Shown here piece after piece: positions 1-9,735 of a stretch of DNA of 64,000 nt. The notes beneath the pieces are model-generated. The model saw only the letters and a program-made list of their open reading frames with translations, was not told the origin of the DNA and ran no database searches. The stretch spans positions 1 through 64,000 of the forward strand of contig CAWALK010000001.1 of the NCBI GenBank assembly GCA_963782915.1, given 5' to 3'. Origin of the DNA: an uncultured archaeon. GTDB lineage: Archaea > Thermoproteota > Bathyarchaeia > Bathyarchaeales > Bathycorpusculaceae. Numbering within the stretch: the first letter of the stretch is position 1; each line of letters starts with the position of its first letter. Both the position numbers and the translations under genes were made by a program.

Positions 1-1
1 A

Positions 2-244
2 TCCTTGTTTCTCTAAGTAGGGTGCGAACACCGCTTTCTCTTCCACAGTTAATGGAATAGATTCACAAACTTCTACATCTAAACTAAATTCTGAGTTAGC
101 TACATCCATAGGTATATCTCCTGTAATCAACGTGCATTCAAGCTGTTGCTGTCTTCCAACGAAAGCTGGTTCACCAAGTTTCAATTCAGGGACTGCCAAG
201 GAATAACTTGCTATATTCGCTGAAAAGCTTTTCTTCCTATTCAC
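2..244 (-). CDS. hypothetical protein, N-terminal part (runs off the window start)
   Basis: Hand translation from GTG at 244 gives an open frame MNRKKSFSANIASYSLAVPELKLGEPAFVG...APYLEKQG to the window edge. Confidence 0.5.
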   Translation of the reverse strand, partial: MNRKKSFSANIASYSLAVPELKLGEPAFVGRQQQLECTLITGDIPMDVANSEFSLDVEVCESIPLTVEEKAVFAPYLEKQG

Positions 245-411
245 ATGGCTTATGCCTTGTCATCAGTCTTGAATAGAGAAAGAGGTCGGTGACATCTCGA
301 TTCCAGTTGGGGTTTAAATCCTGGTGGCTTCAGTTAACAAGCGTAGTATTCAGTTTTTGAGTATTTGATGTTTCTTTTTCGCTGTGGCTCCTCAGAAGAT
401 TTAAACCCCGC

Positions 412-1869
412 TTGCTTGCTGGTGCACTGGGATACACATTGAGACCTAAACTATTGCTTCAAAAGCACAGCCAAAACCGTAAACCGTTTTGGGCTCTGCT
501 GCTTCTTGGATTGATTATCTCCCTACCCATCTTTTCATTTACAACTGGCGGGTTTGCTGTTGCACAATCTGAATTATACCGTGTAAGTATGCAGACAGAA
601 GCGAGCCTTACCTCAACCGATGGTGCCGTTACCACCACTGTTTACTTTTCTGGAACAGACTCGCTGACATTGAGTGTTAAAGGTCAACAGGTATCTGGGT
701 CAGGAACAAGCAGCTACGCCGTCATACTTAGCGGTGACTACAACGGTGAATTGGGATCATACGGGTCAATTTCGGGTTCTTCAGTCGCCATAACTAAAAC
801 AATCTCTGCCACAGGAACATTAAGCTCTGATAACATCGCGGACTTGACTGTGACAGAAACATCAACTACTGCTCCAACAACCATCTCAGGAACACTAACC
901 ATTGAAGCCTCCAGTCAGACTACAACCCAGCAGCTTGAGGTGCCAATAGGTCCATTGACCCAAATAACAACAGGCACACTCTACGTCAAATTGCAAGATG
1001 GTTACACTAACATAATTAACACAAACAGCAACGGACTTGAAACCGAAACTCAAGTATCCGTGCGGCAAATTTCAAGCATCTCCCCAACTTCAACTGCTCA
1101 ACCTACAATAACCCAAACGGACCAGCCTACTGCTACACCCTCTGGAAACGGGGTTTCAATCACTGGCCTTTGGGGAACTGCCCAGTTTAAGGGGTCAGGC
1201 ACAAGTGAGTACTTCCAAGTAAGCCAATCCACCGTATTATATGAGGGCGACACCATCATCACAGGCGCAAACAGCCATTTAACGCTGCAATTTAGCGATG
1301 GCTCAACCATGGATGTAGCTGAAAACACCTCCGTTACTCTGCAATCAATCACAGATAGCAACCAACCAAAAATAATTCAGGTAATATCTGGCTTGTTGCA
1401 TCTCAAGGAGTTGCTTGAACACTTTAAACATAAATTTGAAGTCAGGACACCTATCGCTGTTTGTGCTGTCCGCGGTACAGAATTCACCGTAAAAGTAGAC
1501 GGCGATTCCTCGACCACAACCACAGTGATAAGTGGGGAAGTAAATGTCACCGCTACCCAAACCGGCAACAGTGTGCTTCTACAACCCGGAGAATCCATAA
1601 CTGTTTCCTCGGGTGCAGTTTCGCAGTCGCAAATGCAGCAGAACGTTCAATCAATAGATACCTCAACTATGGATAAATGGTGGGATACCCCTTCACAGAC
1701 TTCGGGCTTGAGCAGCATGGTTATGATAGGTATTATTGCGGTTGTCGCAGTAATTGCGGTGGTTCTGGTGGTTCTTCTAATGAAACGTCGAAGAAAACCC
1801 AGCGCTTCCCATTCAACGGATTTGCCTCTTCCACCGCCACCTCCCCCCGATAGCACCATAACCGCATAA
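412..1869 (+). CDS. FecR-domain single-pass membrane protein with S/T-rich ectodomain and poly-Pro cytoplasmic tail
   Basis: N-terminal hydrophobic signal; FecR-like motifs LYEGDTIITGANS..LQFSDGS and FEVRTPIAVCAVRGTEF; C-terminal TM followed by KRRRK and PLPPPPPPP. Confidence 0.8.
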   Translation: MLAGALGYTLRPKLLLQKHSQNRKPFWALLLLGLIISLPIFSFTTGGFAVAQSELYRVSMQTEASLTSTDGAVTTTVYFSGTDSLTLSVKGQQVSGSGTSSYAVILSGDYNGELGSYGSISGSSVAITKTISATGTLSSDNIADLTVTETSTTAPTTISGTLTIEASSQTTTQQLEVPIGPLTQITTGTLYVKLQDGYTNIINTNSNGLETETQVSVRQISSISPTSTAQPTITQTDQPTATPSGNGVSITGLWGTAQFKGSGTSEYFQVSQSTVLYEGDTIITGANSHLTLQFSDGSTMDVAENTSVTLQSITDSNQPKIIQVISGLLHLKELLEHFKHKFEVRTPIAVCAVRGTEFTVKVDGDSSTTTTVISGEVNVTATQTGNSVLLQPGESITVSSGAVSQSQMQQNVQSIDTSTMDKWWDTPSQTSGLSSMVMIGIIAVVAVIAVVLVVLLMKRRRKPSASHSTDLPLPPPPPPDSTITA

Positions 1870-1980
1870 AAAGTCAGTGACTGATGCGGCGTTGGGTTCA
1901 AATTTTATTCCCAATTTTCTTGGGGCACAAAACATATTTTGTGCCGTATCCATTGTTTATCCATCGGTTTTTAGAGGCAT

Positions 1981-2379
1981 TTGAGCACAAAAAAATTAGT
2001 TTATACTGCGCAAACATAAAAGCCTGTACCCGAAACAGTTGAAGCCCTAACAGAGGCACTCAAACAACAGACCTTCGGCGTCCTTGCCAACATTAACGTA
2101 AGCAAGATAATCAAAGAGAAGACAGGAAAAACAATCGATGACTACACCATCCTTGAAGTATGCAATGCCAAAGACGCAAGTATCGCATTGACGGTTCACA
2201 AAGAAATCGGGTTAATGCTCCCCTGCAAGATTATAATTTACAGAGAAAAAACTAACACGGTTATCGCGTTGTATCGTCCGACTGAAGCCTTAAAAGCGCT
2301 TGGTTTTAGTGATTTGAATTCGTTGGCTGAGGAAGTTGAGGGTCAACTAAAGCAAGCCGTTGACGCTGCAGCTTCTTAG
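1981..2379 (+). CDS. DUF302 family protein (in-frame TAA at codon 13: sequencing error or pseudogene)
   Basis: TTG at 1981 is in frame with ORF 2188-2379; EALKQQTFGVLANIN...YTILEVCNAK...IGLMLPCKIIIY are DUF302 motifs; single TAA at 2017-2019. Confidence 0.75.
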
Positions 2380-2618
2380 AATTTGGTTCACGTCAATTCT
2401 TGTTTGCGTTTTTATTGTTCTGGCGTGCTATGCAACTTTTTGGTGCATTTTTTGTTTTTACTTATGCCTCGGCTTACCACGTCGATTCCGAAGCATTTTA
2501 TCTGCTGAGAAGAAGAGCAATCTGCACACAGTTTTGTAGCTGCCTTAACCATGCCTACATCAAGCGTACTCTTCGATTTTTCTGACAATCAAATACTCCT
2601 ATGCCTGTAAAGTCAACG

Positions 2619-3326
2619 TTAATTGTGCAATTCAATCGTCCCGTTGATATGCTCCTTGATTATTGCCCCATCCCGCATCTCAAAAACCCGAGTCGCCATA
2701 GCAGCCACCGTCGGGTCATGGGTAACAACGATAACTGTAGCGCCCTCACGGTTAGAAAGGTCACGAAGCGCCTGTATAACCTCTTTGCCCGTTTTTGAAT
2801 CCAAATCACCCGTGGGTTCATCAGCTAACACTATGGAGGGTCGATTGGCAAGCGCACGTACGATGGCGACTCGTTGCTGTTCGCCGCCGCTGAGTTCGTC
2901 TGGGCGGTGGTGCATGCGTTCACTTAATCCAACCATTGCCAAAAGTTCTTTTGCACGGGTTTCCCGTTCTTTTGTGGGTACGCCTGCAATGAGCATGGGT
3001 AACTCGACGTTTTCGAATGCTGAGAGTACGGGGATGAGGTTGTAGAATTGGAAGATGAAGCCAATTGTGCTGCGTCGGAGCTTGGTTAATTCTCTTTCTT
3101 TTAGCAGGGTTAAGTCTACGTCGTCTACGTAGATTTTGCCTTTACTTGGCTTATCCAGCACACCGATGAGGTTAAGCAACGTCGTCTTGCCTGACCCAGA
3201 GGGACCCGTGAATGCGACGAACTCGCCTTTATTAAGCTCCATGTTAATCCCCCTTAATGCATGAACATTGTTCTCGCCAAGTCGATATGTCTTTTCAACT
3301 TCAACAACTTTAACTGACAAATACAT
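2619..3326 (-). CDS. ABC transporter ATP-binding protein (LolD/MacB type)
   Basis: Walker A GPSGSGKT, signature LSGGEQQR, Walker B LADEPTGDLD, VTHD. Confidence 0.95.
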   Translation of the reverse strand: MYLSVKVVEVEKTYRLGENNVHALRGINMELNKGEFVAFTGPSGSGKTTLLNLIGVLDKPSKGKIYVDDVDLTLLKERELTKLRRSTIGFIFQFYNLIPVLSAFENVELPMLIAGVPTKERETRAKELLAMVGLSERMHHRPDELSGGEQQRVAIVRALANRPSIVLADEPTGDLDSKTGKEVIQALRDLSNREGATVIVVTHDPTVAAMATRVFEMRDGAIIKEHINGTIELHN

Positions 3327-3396
3327 CGCCTCAAAAAACCGTGTTAGCGAAGAATATTATACCAAATAATCTTTAGGTTGTTTGTACTAAAAAACT

Positions 3397-3810
3397 TTGG
3401 GGAAGATTGCTATGAGAGCCCTAAGCATTGCAACCGTTGAAGCGGTTTTCATTTTGGTTTTCGGAGTGATACACTTTGCCATACCGTTTGTGTTGCCGCC
3501 CAACTTTATAGCTGAAACTACAGTTTGGGGTAGTTTGCGGATTGCGGATTTTGTGCTTCCAGGCTGTTTTGCGGTCGCCATCTCAGCTATACTCTATTTT
3601 GGGACAAGGAACAGTATCCCCGGGGCTGTTTTGGCGTTTCTCTACGGGGGCGGCATAGCTTTTCATGCATTGTATTTGGCAGGTATTTTCCCGTCAGTAT
3701 TGGTTGTTCCAAGCCCCGTTATTTCAATCGGCGGCATAATAATCGATGCAATCTCGATTATTGCAATTTTTGATTACTACCGCCGAATACGCAAACACTC
3801 TATTGCCTAA
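3397..3810 (+). CDS. small 4-TM membrane protein
   Basis: 137 aa with four hydrophobic segments; lies antisense between the ABC permease and ATPase genes. Confidence 0.7.
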   Translation: MGKIAMRALSIATVEAVFILVFGVIHFAIPFVLPPNFIAETTVWGSLRIADFVLPGCFAVAISAILYFGTRNSIPGAVLAFLYGGGIAFHALYLAGIFPSVLVVPSPVISIGGIIIDAISIIAIFDYYRRIRKHSIA

Positions 3811-6517
3811 TCGCATCTACAATGTTCTGTTTAGAAGCCTTATTCGCAGGATAAACCGCGCTAATCACAGCAGTAGCCAAAGCAATCACAAGCGTTATCA
3901 CGAATGCATCGTAGGGTATCATGAAAGCCATCGGAAACCCTTCCACCCGCATATAGCTAACCGTAACCCGATGGAACATTAACCCAACAACACTACCCAT
4001 GACAAAGCCAACCCCCCCCAAAAACGCAGCTTCACCTATGATGGAGGTTATCACCTGCGATTTACTCATGCCCTGCGAACGGAATATACCGATTTCACGT
4101 TTGCGCTCAGACACATTCATAATCATTATTGCCGCTACGCCGATTCCAGCGTTAAGAACAGCAAACATTACGATAGAGTAGAGAATGTAGAATATTTCAT
4201 CTATTGAACTCCGGACCCGTTGGACTGCATCGTTGTAGGTGGTTATGGTTAAGGCGTACTCTTTGCCGTAGGTGTCCATGAGGGTGTTTTTGGTTTGGTC
4301 GATGTCGCTGTTAGAGTTTACTTTTACGAAGAAGAGGTTGGCGGTGTTGTTGAAGTCGGTGCTGCTGTTTGGGAAAGTTGCGTTGAGGTTGCCGTAGGAG
4401 ATGTAGGATGCTTCTGAGAGCATGAAATTGCCAAACGACATGATATCGAGCCATGCACCCTGCGCTATGCCGACGACTGTGTAGTTGTTCCAAGCTAGGA
4501 CTGGGACTCGGTAAGTGTATGTTCCAGTGTGTCCTTGGACGTTGTATTCTTCTGTGCGGTTTTCGAAGTCTATGTAGCGGATTTTTACTTGGTCTCCAAC
4601 GGAGACATTGAGTGATTTAGCTAGTGGTGAAGTGAGGATGATGGTGTTGGATTGGTTAAGCTGTTCAAAAACGTTGGCGGGTGTATCGTCGCTAAAAGTC
4701 ATGGACATAACCGTCGAATAGGACACGGTATCAATTGCAAGGACCGTGGAGGATGAATTCAGCGCCGACCCGGATGCATTGTTTTGCATTATGGTTCTGT
4801 CAGGGACAACAAGAACAGGCGTTGTCTTGTCCACAGCGTCAATCTTTGTGATATTATCCACGAAGCCTTTGGGAATCGTGTCCTCGGTCATCACGGTTAA
4901 GTCTGAGCTTGAAAATGAACGAATAACATTTTCCACACCTGCGACGGTGCCGATTTGTGCTCCTCCCATAACGATAACTAGGCTAAGGGAGATGCCGATT
5001 AACGCGAAACAAATTGTGCTCCTGAGCAGATTGCGTTCGACATTGCGGGAAATGATTTTTCTTGTTTTCCCAAACCCAAATAATCCCCACTCAATCACCG
5101 GACCCCCACTCCGCAGCAGCCCCGCCGCAAGCAAAGTCACCCCAATCATAGCGACGGGTGCAAGCGCAGATACCACATACAAACCGACGCCGTACTGCGA
5201 GAACATATCAAACCAGACAAAGATGAAAGCCCCGAAAACGGTCAATGGCAGCCCGATGAGCACCAATTTGAGGGCGGTTCGCTGTTTGCCTGGTTTGCGC
5301 ATGGATGGGCGAAGCGCGTTGATTATGCTTGTGTTGCATGCGGAAAGCGATGGGAACAGCCCGCCGATCATGACGGTTAATAGCCCGGCGGCTGCTCCGA
5401 GGGTGAGGTGTTGGATTGTGCTTTGGGGGAAGGTGAATTGGAAAGTTATTCCCGGTGAGAAGGGCTGGAAGATTCTGGAAGTGAAGTAGCGGAAGATGTC
5501 TGTGATGAATAAACCTGAAACTAAACCTATAACAACGCCTACTACGCCTAAAATTAGGCTTTCTGAAAAGAAAATCCAAAAGACTTGTCTCGTTGAAGCA
5601 CCTTGCGAGCGTAAGATGCCTATTTCATGGGTGCGTTCGCCAATATTCATGTACATGGTGTTGAGGACAATGACTACTGCTACGCATAAGGCCATTACTG
5701 ACATGATTTGCAGGCCGCTTTGCAAGCCGGAAGTGGCTTTGCTCACTACGTTTAGGAGGCTTTCTTTTACTGGGTTAACGATGTAGTCGCTGCCTAATCT
5801 GCCATTGAGATCATTGACGACCGTGCCGGTTTGTTTGGAATCTTCAAGCTTAACACTTATTGAATTGATTTGGTCATTATAGTCTAGCCATGTTTGGGCT
5901 CTTGCCAAGTCAACGTATATGCGGTATCCGGTATAGCCTTGGCCAAAGACGCTGCCGTATTGTTTCTCAAAGTCACTGGCATGATAGAGCCCAATGACGT
6001 TGAGGGAATAATTGTATTCTTTTGTATCTGGATAGGAGCCGGTGGTTACGTGGATTATTACTTTTTGGCCGATGGTATAGTTTAATCGGTCATCCACCAC
6101 TGCATCGGTTCTGTTAGTGGCGAGGATTCGGTTTCCGGTGATGTTCATGGATGAAGAATCAGAATAGTCGAAATCTGAGGTTGAGTTTACTCCGACTAAT
6201 GTGGCGCTTACCCACCCATCTGGTTCAGAAGCGTTAATGATGCTGCTTAATCGACCATAGGAATCCGCTACTCCCCCTGTCTGGTTTACTGTTGCCAGCG
6301 TGGTTGTATTGAAGGGCAAACCCAACGCCGAGCGGACACTAACATCAACATTGCCGACTGCTTGATTAACCGTTAAGCCGAATTGGTCATAGACGCTGTC
6401 AAAAGCGATGTTTACACCGACAATTAAGGTTACACCCAAAATTACTGCGAGGACTGTTAGGGCGTTTCGAAGTTTGCGTTTAGGAATATTCCGTAACGCT
6501 ATCGATGTAAAAGACAA
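3800..6517 (-). CDS. ABC transporter permease, duplicated FtsX/MacB-type domains
   Basis: RKLRNALTVLAV start; two ERxxEIGxxRSQG motifs; two large extracytoplasmic loops. Confidence 0.92.
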   Translation of the reverse strand: MSFTSIALRNIPKRKLRNALTVLAVILGVTLIVGVNIAFDSVYDQFGLTVNQAVGNVDVSVRSALGLPFNTTTLATVNQTGGVADSYGRLSSIINASEPDGWVSATLVGVNSTSDFDYSDSSSMNITGNRILATNRTDAVVDDRLNYTIGQKVIIHVTTGSYPDTKEYNYSLNVIGLYHASDFEKQYGSVFGQGYTGYRIYVDLARAQTWLDYNDQINSISVKLEDSKQTGTVVNDLNGRLGSDYIVNPVKESLLNVVSKATSGLQSGLQIMSVMALCVAVVIVLNTMYMNIGERTHEIGILRSQGASTRQVFWIFFSESLILGVVGVVIGLVSGLFITDIFRYFTSRIFQPFSPGITFQFTFPQSTIQHLTLGAAAGLLTVMIGGLFPSLSACNTSIINALRPSMRKPGKQRTALKLVLIGLPLTVFGAFIFVWFDMFSQYGVGLYVVSALAPVAMIGVTLLAAGLLRSGGPVIEWGLFGFGKTRKIISRNVERNLLRSTICFALIGISLSLVIVMGGAQIGTVAGVENVIRSFSSSDLTVMTEDTIPKGFVDNITKIDAVDKTTPVLVVPDRTIMQNNASGSALNSSSTVLAIDTVSYSTVMSMTFSDDTPANVFEQLNQSNTIILTSPLAKSLNVSVGDQVKIRYIDFENRTEEYNVQGHTGTYTYRVPVLAWNNYTVVGIAQGAWLDIMSFGNFMLSEASYISYGNLNATFPNSSTDFNNTANLFFVKVNSNSDIDQTKNTLMDTYGKEYALTITTYNDAVQRVRSSIDEIFYILYSIVMFAVLNAGIGVAAIMIMNVSERKREIGIFRSQGMSKSQVITSIIGEAAFLGGVGFVMGSVVGLMFHRVTVSYMRVEGFPMAFMIPYDAFVITLVIALATAVISAVYPANKASKQNIVDAIRQ

Positions 6518-6624
6518 ATAAAATTTACCTCTTTCCCGCCATAAAACTTCGACACTTTAGCGGTAATAGAAAGTTGGTCTCTGTGGTATATAAAACTTAA
6601 TTACTTGAAATTGTATAGTATTAA

Positions 6625-7695
6625 ATGCGTGCAAGGCGTCTTCTGAATCACTTACGTTTTACCCGTGCCTTGTACGAATCAGGAGTGTTTTTTAGGAATA
6701 TGATAACTAACCTAAAAATTAAAACCTACGATTTTTTGGGGCAGTATGAATACTTCCGAAAAAAAGCTTTGAAAAAACAGTGGAATTCTATCGCAATGAC
6801 CGGCGAAGATGGCGAGGCTATTGAGACCGCGAGTCGTTGTCCAACATGGTTTGGATCCGTTGTTGCTGGTGCGAGACCATACTTTTTGCGGGGCGGCGGC
6901 GTGGGCGGAGTAGCAGACCTTGCTTATCCAATGCCTAACCCAATGTTTGGCGACCTATATGTCAATCACTTGAAAGTGGGCAAAGCAAACTCTGAGTTGA
7001 TACCTAGTTATGTTCCGCTTGCAATCACTGAAGTCAAAAAATTACCTAAAAGTGTGGTTGTTTCGTACAAGGGCATCGGAGGCGCCCCTGACTTAATCAG
7101 GCTGTTTTCAAGCGGTGCAATGCGATGTACTGAACGACCGGGCAATCCGCATGGCAGAGCGTTTGATACTGAGTATGCGCTTTTTAGTAAAGTTGTGATA
7201 GGCGTCGATGACACCGACTCATCAGTTAAAGGAGCAACATTCAACACGGCGCTGCAACTTGCAGCCACCCTAAACAAGGCATCGAAAGATTACCGATTTC
7301 TAAGACTCACCCTCTCACTAAATTGGCCAGCTAACCCGGCTAAAACCACAAATAACGCCTCCTCAGGACTCGTCTTCGCAGTAACCCCCGGCAAAGAAGA
7401 TGCACTTGTAAAAGATTTTGAGCGCCTAGTCCGCAAATACACAATCTCTAAAGAAACAGGCATGGTTGTATCAAGAAAAGTAATGGCTCCCGAAGTCCTC
7501 AAAGCATACTCGCGCAAAGTCAAGCGTGAGCAAGTAACGGTGTCAGAGGCTTACAAAGCAGCGGAACAAGCAGGCGTTAAACTTATGCCCATCACCGGCG
7601 AACGCGGCTTAATCGGCGCATTATCAGTCGTTGGCTTAGTTGACGATTTAGAAGAAGCCATAACACCCGTGAAACTCGACTCAGCCGCAGGATAG
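6625..7695 (+). CDS. methanogenesis marker 11 (Mmp11)-like / TiaS N-terminal (DUF1743)-like protein
   Basis: VVIGVDDTD..GAT, LNWPANPAKTTNNAS, YTISKETGMVV, TGERGLIGAL, and upstream LIPS..AITEV..VVVSYKGIGG match the Mmp11 architecture. Confidence 0.7.
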   Translation: MRARRLLNHLRFTRALYESGVFFRNMITNLKIKTYDFLGQYEYFRKKALKKQWNSIAMTGEDGEAIETASRCPTWFGSVVAGARPYFLRGGGVGGVADLAYPMPNPMFGDLYVNHLKVGKANSELIPSYVPLAITEVKKLPKSVVVSYKGIGGAPDLIRLFSSGAMRCTERPGNPHGRAFDTEYALFSKVVIGVDDTDSSVKGATFNTALQLAATLNKASKDYRFLRLTLSLNWPANPAKTTNNASSGLVFAVTPGKEDALVKDFERLVRKYTISKETGMVVSRKVMAPEVLKAYSRKVKREQVTVSEAYKAAEQAGVKLMPITGERGLIGALSVVGLVDDLEEAITPVKLDSAAG

Positions 7696-7701
7696 TGAGG
7701 C

Positions 7702-8409
7702 TTGCCTTTGCCCAAGAGGCATATAAAAGGAAAATCGCTTGCCGCCGCTATCATTTATCTTTCTTGGCAAGTTGCCTTTACAATCGCTGTTTCACCCTTA
7801 GGGTTTGGAATATTAACCGCACAGCAAATGGGCTTCACACTTGACACACTCTGGCTTGGATTGCTTGTGGCAGCAGTAGTTTTGACGCTAACAACCTTGC
7901 TTGCCCGAACCAACATTGCTTATGGATTATATTCTAAGGGTTTGAGCTACATCAAAACCCGCGAGGACTTTGAGAAGTTTTGGGCTGTTTCGCTTCGGGG
8001 CTGCGACGACGGCTTCATCGCAGAGCCACATTGGAGCGGCGCGATACTTCCTCTCTTCATCTTGGGTTTCACCGCTTTAGGCATCCCCTTTCTACTTAGC
8101 GCAGTTTTAGCCATGGTTGCACGTTGGGCAACACATGTCGGAGCACATGCACTATTCCCAAAAGAGAAAACTGGCGCAAGAATGTTCGGCGGCATGAATT
8201 TTATAGCTAAAGGTTTAGCCTACGAGGACACTGTGGCTTCGATTAGTTTTCTGCTCTCAGGCAACATCATCGCGCCTGTTCTGCTGCATCAGTTTGGGGC
8301 TTATATTTCGACTTTCGCTGGAAATAAGGAGCGAATTGCTACTCATCTGGGTTTACCGCCACTACAGTCTCCACAAGGGGGCATGATAAAATCCGCCAAT
8401 CCACAGTAA
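7702..8409 (+). CDS. CPBP/Abi (CAAX protease)-like intramembrane protein with degenerate motifs
   Basis: Multi-TM; AEPHWSG (cf. EExxxRG), THVGAH (cf. FxxxH), SGNIIAPVLLH (cf. TGSLWxxxxxH). Confidence 0.6.
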   Translation: MPLPKRHIKGKSLAAAIIYLSWQVAFTIAVSPLGFGILTAQQMGFTLDTLWLGLLVAAVVLTLTTLLARTNIAYGLYSKGLSYIKTREDFEKFWAVSLRGCDDGFIAEPHWSGAILPLFILGFTALGIPFLLSAVLAMVARWATHVGAHALFPKEKTGARMFGGMNFIAKGLAYEDTVASISFLLSGNIIAPVLLHQFGAYISTFAGNKERIATHLGLPPLQSPQGGMIKSANPQ

Positions 8410-9576
8410 TCCTCATTTTTCTCCTATTAGGCGGCGTCCTCTTAGCTTATCAACCCAACACACATGCCCAATCTAACGCAACAAATTACAACTTAGCTTT
8501 TCATGAGTACAGCACAGTAATCAAAGAAACTAATGGGTCCTTTGTGGTTTATGACGGAGCCGACGGAGCCCCCGCAACTCAAACATCGGCATCGCAGGCG
8601 AATTTGGTTGCGCAGATTTCTGGACAAAGAATGGGCTATAACTACTGGTCAGCAGTCGTCATGTGGGTTGTCCAGTTGCCCATGGATTTACATGTTTCAG
8701 GCACCGTTAACGTACAAGCCTACATCAGCAGCACCTCAAAGCTAAGTGGATTATTCAGCGGAGGCGGCTACGCCATGGGCATAGTGGATATAGACGAAAA
8801 TAATAATGAAGTTAAAGAATTCATAACTGAAGCCCCCTACACTATCGGAAGCAACCCCTTTGATGCTACACCGACTCAGTACAGCCAAAGCGTCAATGTC
8901 GATTATGTTTTCGCAAAGGGTCACGCGATTGGGTTTGTTGTCGGTTTAGGCGCAACTACTCAGGGTTTCTCGGCAACGGTGTATTTTGGGTCTCAGGATA
9001 GAAGCTCAGGCGCAACCCTGCCCGTAGTTGAAAGCACGCAAACTAAAACTGTCACGTCAGATTCAAACACTATCGCAGTGTCAGGCAACTCAGCCATAGA
9101 AGACCTCCAATACACCAAAGCCTCTAAAACAGTGAGCTTCTCTGCACAAGGCATAGACTACACAACAGGATCCTGCACAGTCGCTGTTCCAAAAGCGCTC
9201 ATGCAGTCACCCTTCACTGTGACACAGGGTTCACAGCCGATAACGGTTACTTCAACTGAAAACTCTACTTATTATCAACTCACGTTTTCCCACTAGCCGA
9301 AGCAGCAACATAATCAAAGTGGTGGGTTCAGACCCCGCCCAAACCACCTCGCCTTCCCAAACCGAATCTCCTACCCAGACGAATTCACCTTCTCAGTCAG
9401 CATCGCCCTCCCAGAGCGCCTCGCCATCACAAGACCCAACCAATCCAGCGCCTACACCGACGGTGCCAGAATACAGCGCCATCGCATTTCTAGTGTCCGT
9501 TGCCCTAGTTTCCCTGCTAATCGCGGGGTTGGTGCTAAAACGAAAGAGACTACACCCTCATCTTAGCAATGGCTGA
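8383..9576 (+). CDS. cell-surface protein with S/T/P linker and PEF-CTERM-like sorting signal (two frameshifts)
   Basis: Signal peptide reconstructed from ATG 8383 (STVILIFLLLGGVLLAYQPNTHA); joins ORFs 8544-9296 and 9319-9576; SPSQ repeats; VPEY + TM + KRKR. Confidence 0.75.
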
Positions 9577-9735
9577 ATCGCTTGAGCAGTATTTCGGCGC
9601 TTATTGTATCCAGAATAAAAAATGCCATTGGCATCTTTTTGATTATTACTTTTACGAAATAATGTTTATTAATCGGTGTTTTGTCGTTTGTGAAAACTTC
9701 CCACCAACAAAGCTGTGGGTTCTGTTAAGTCATGA

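Noticed and set aside
4746-5489. Long antisense ORFs (e.g. 4746-5489, 53076-53699, 2623-3045)
   Set aside because: Shadow frames of well-supported genes on the opposite strand, with no family motifs
9294-9296. TAG as a possible pyrrolysine read-through
   Set aside because: The downstream part of the gene is in a different frame, so this is a frameshift; no pyl genes in the window
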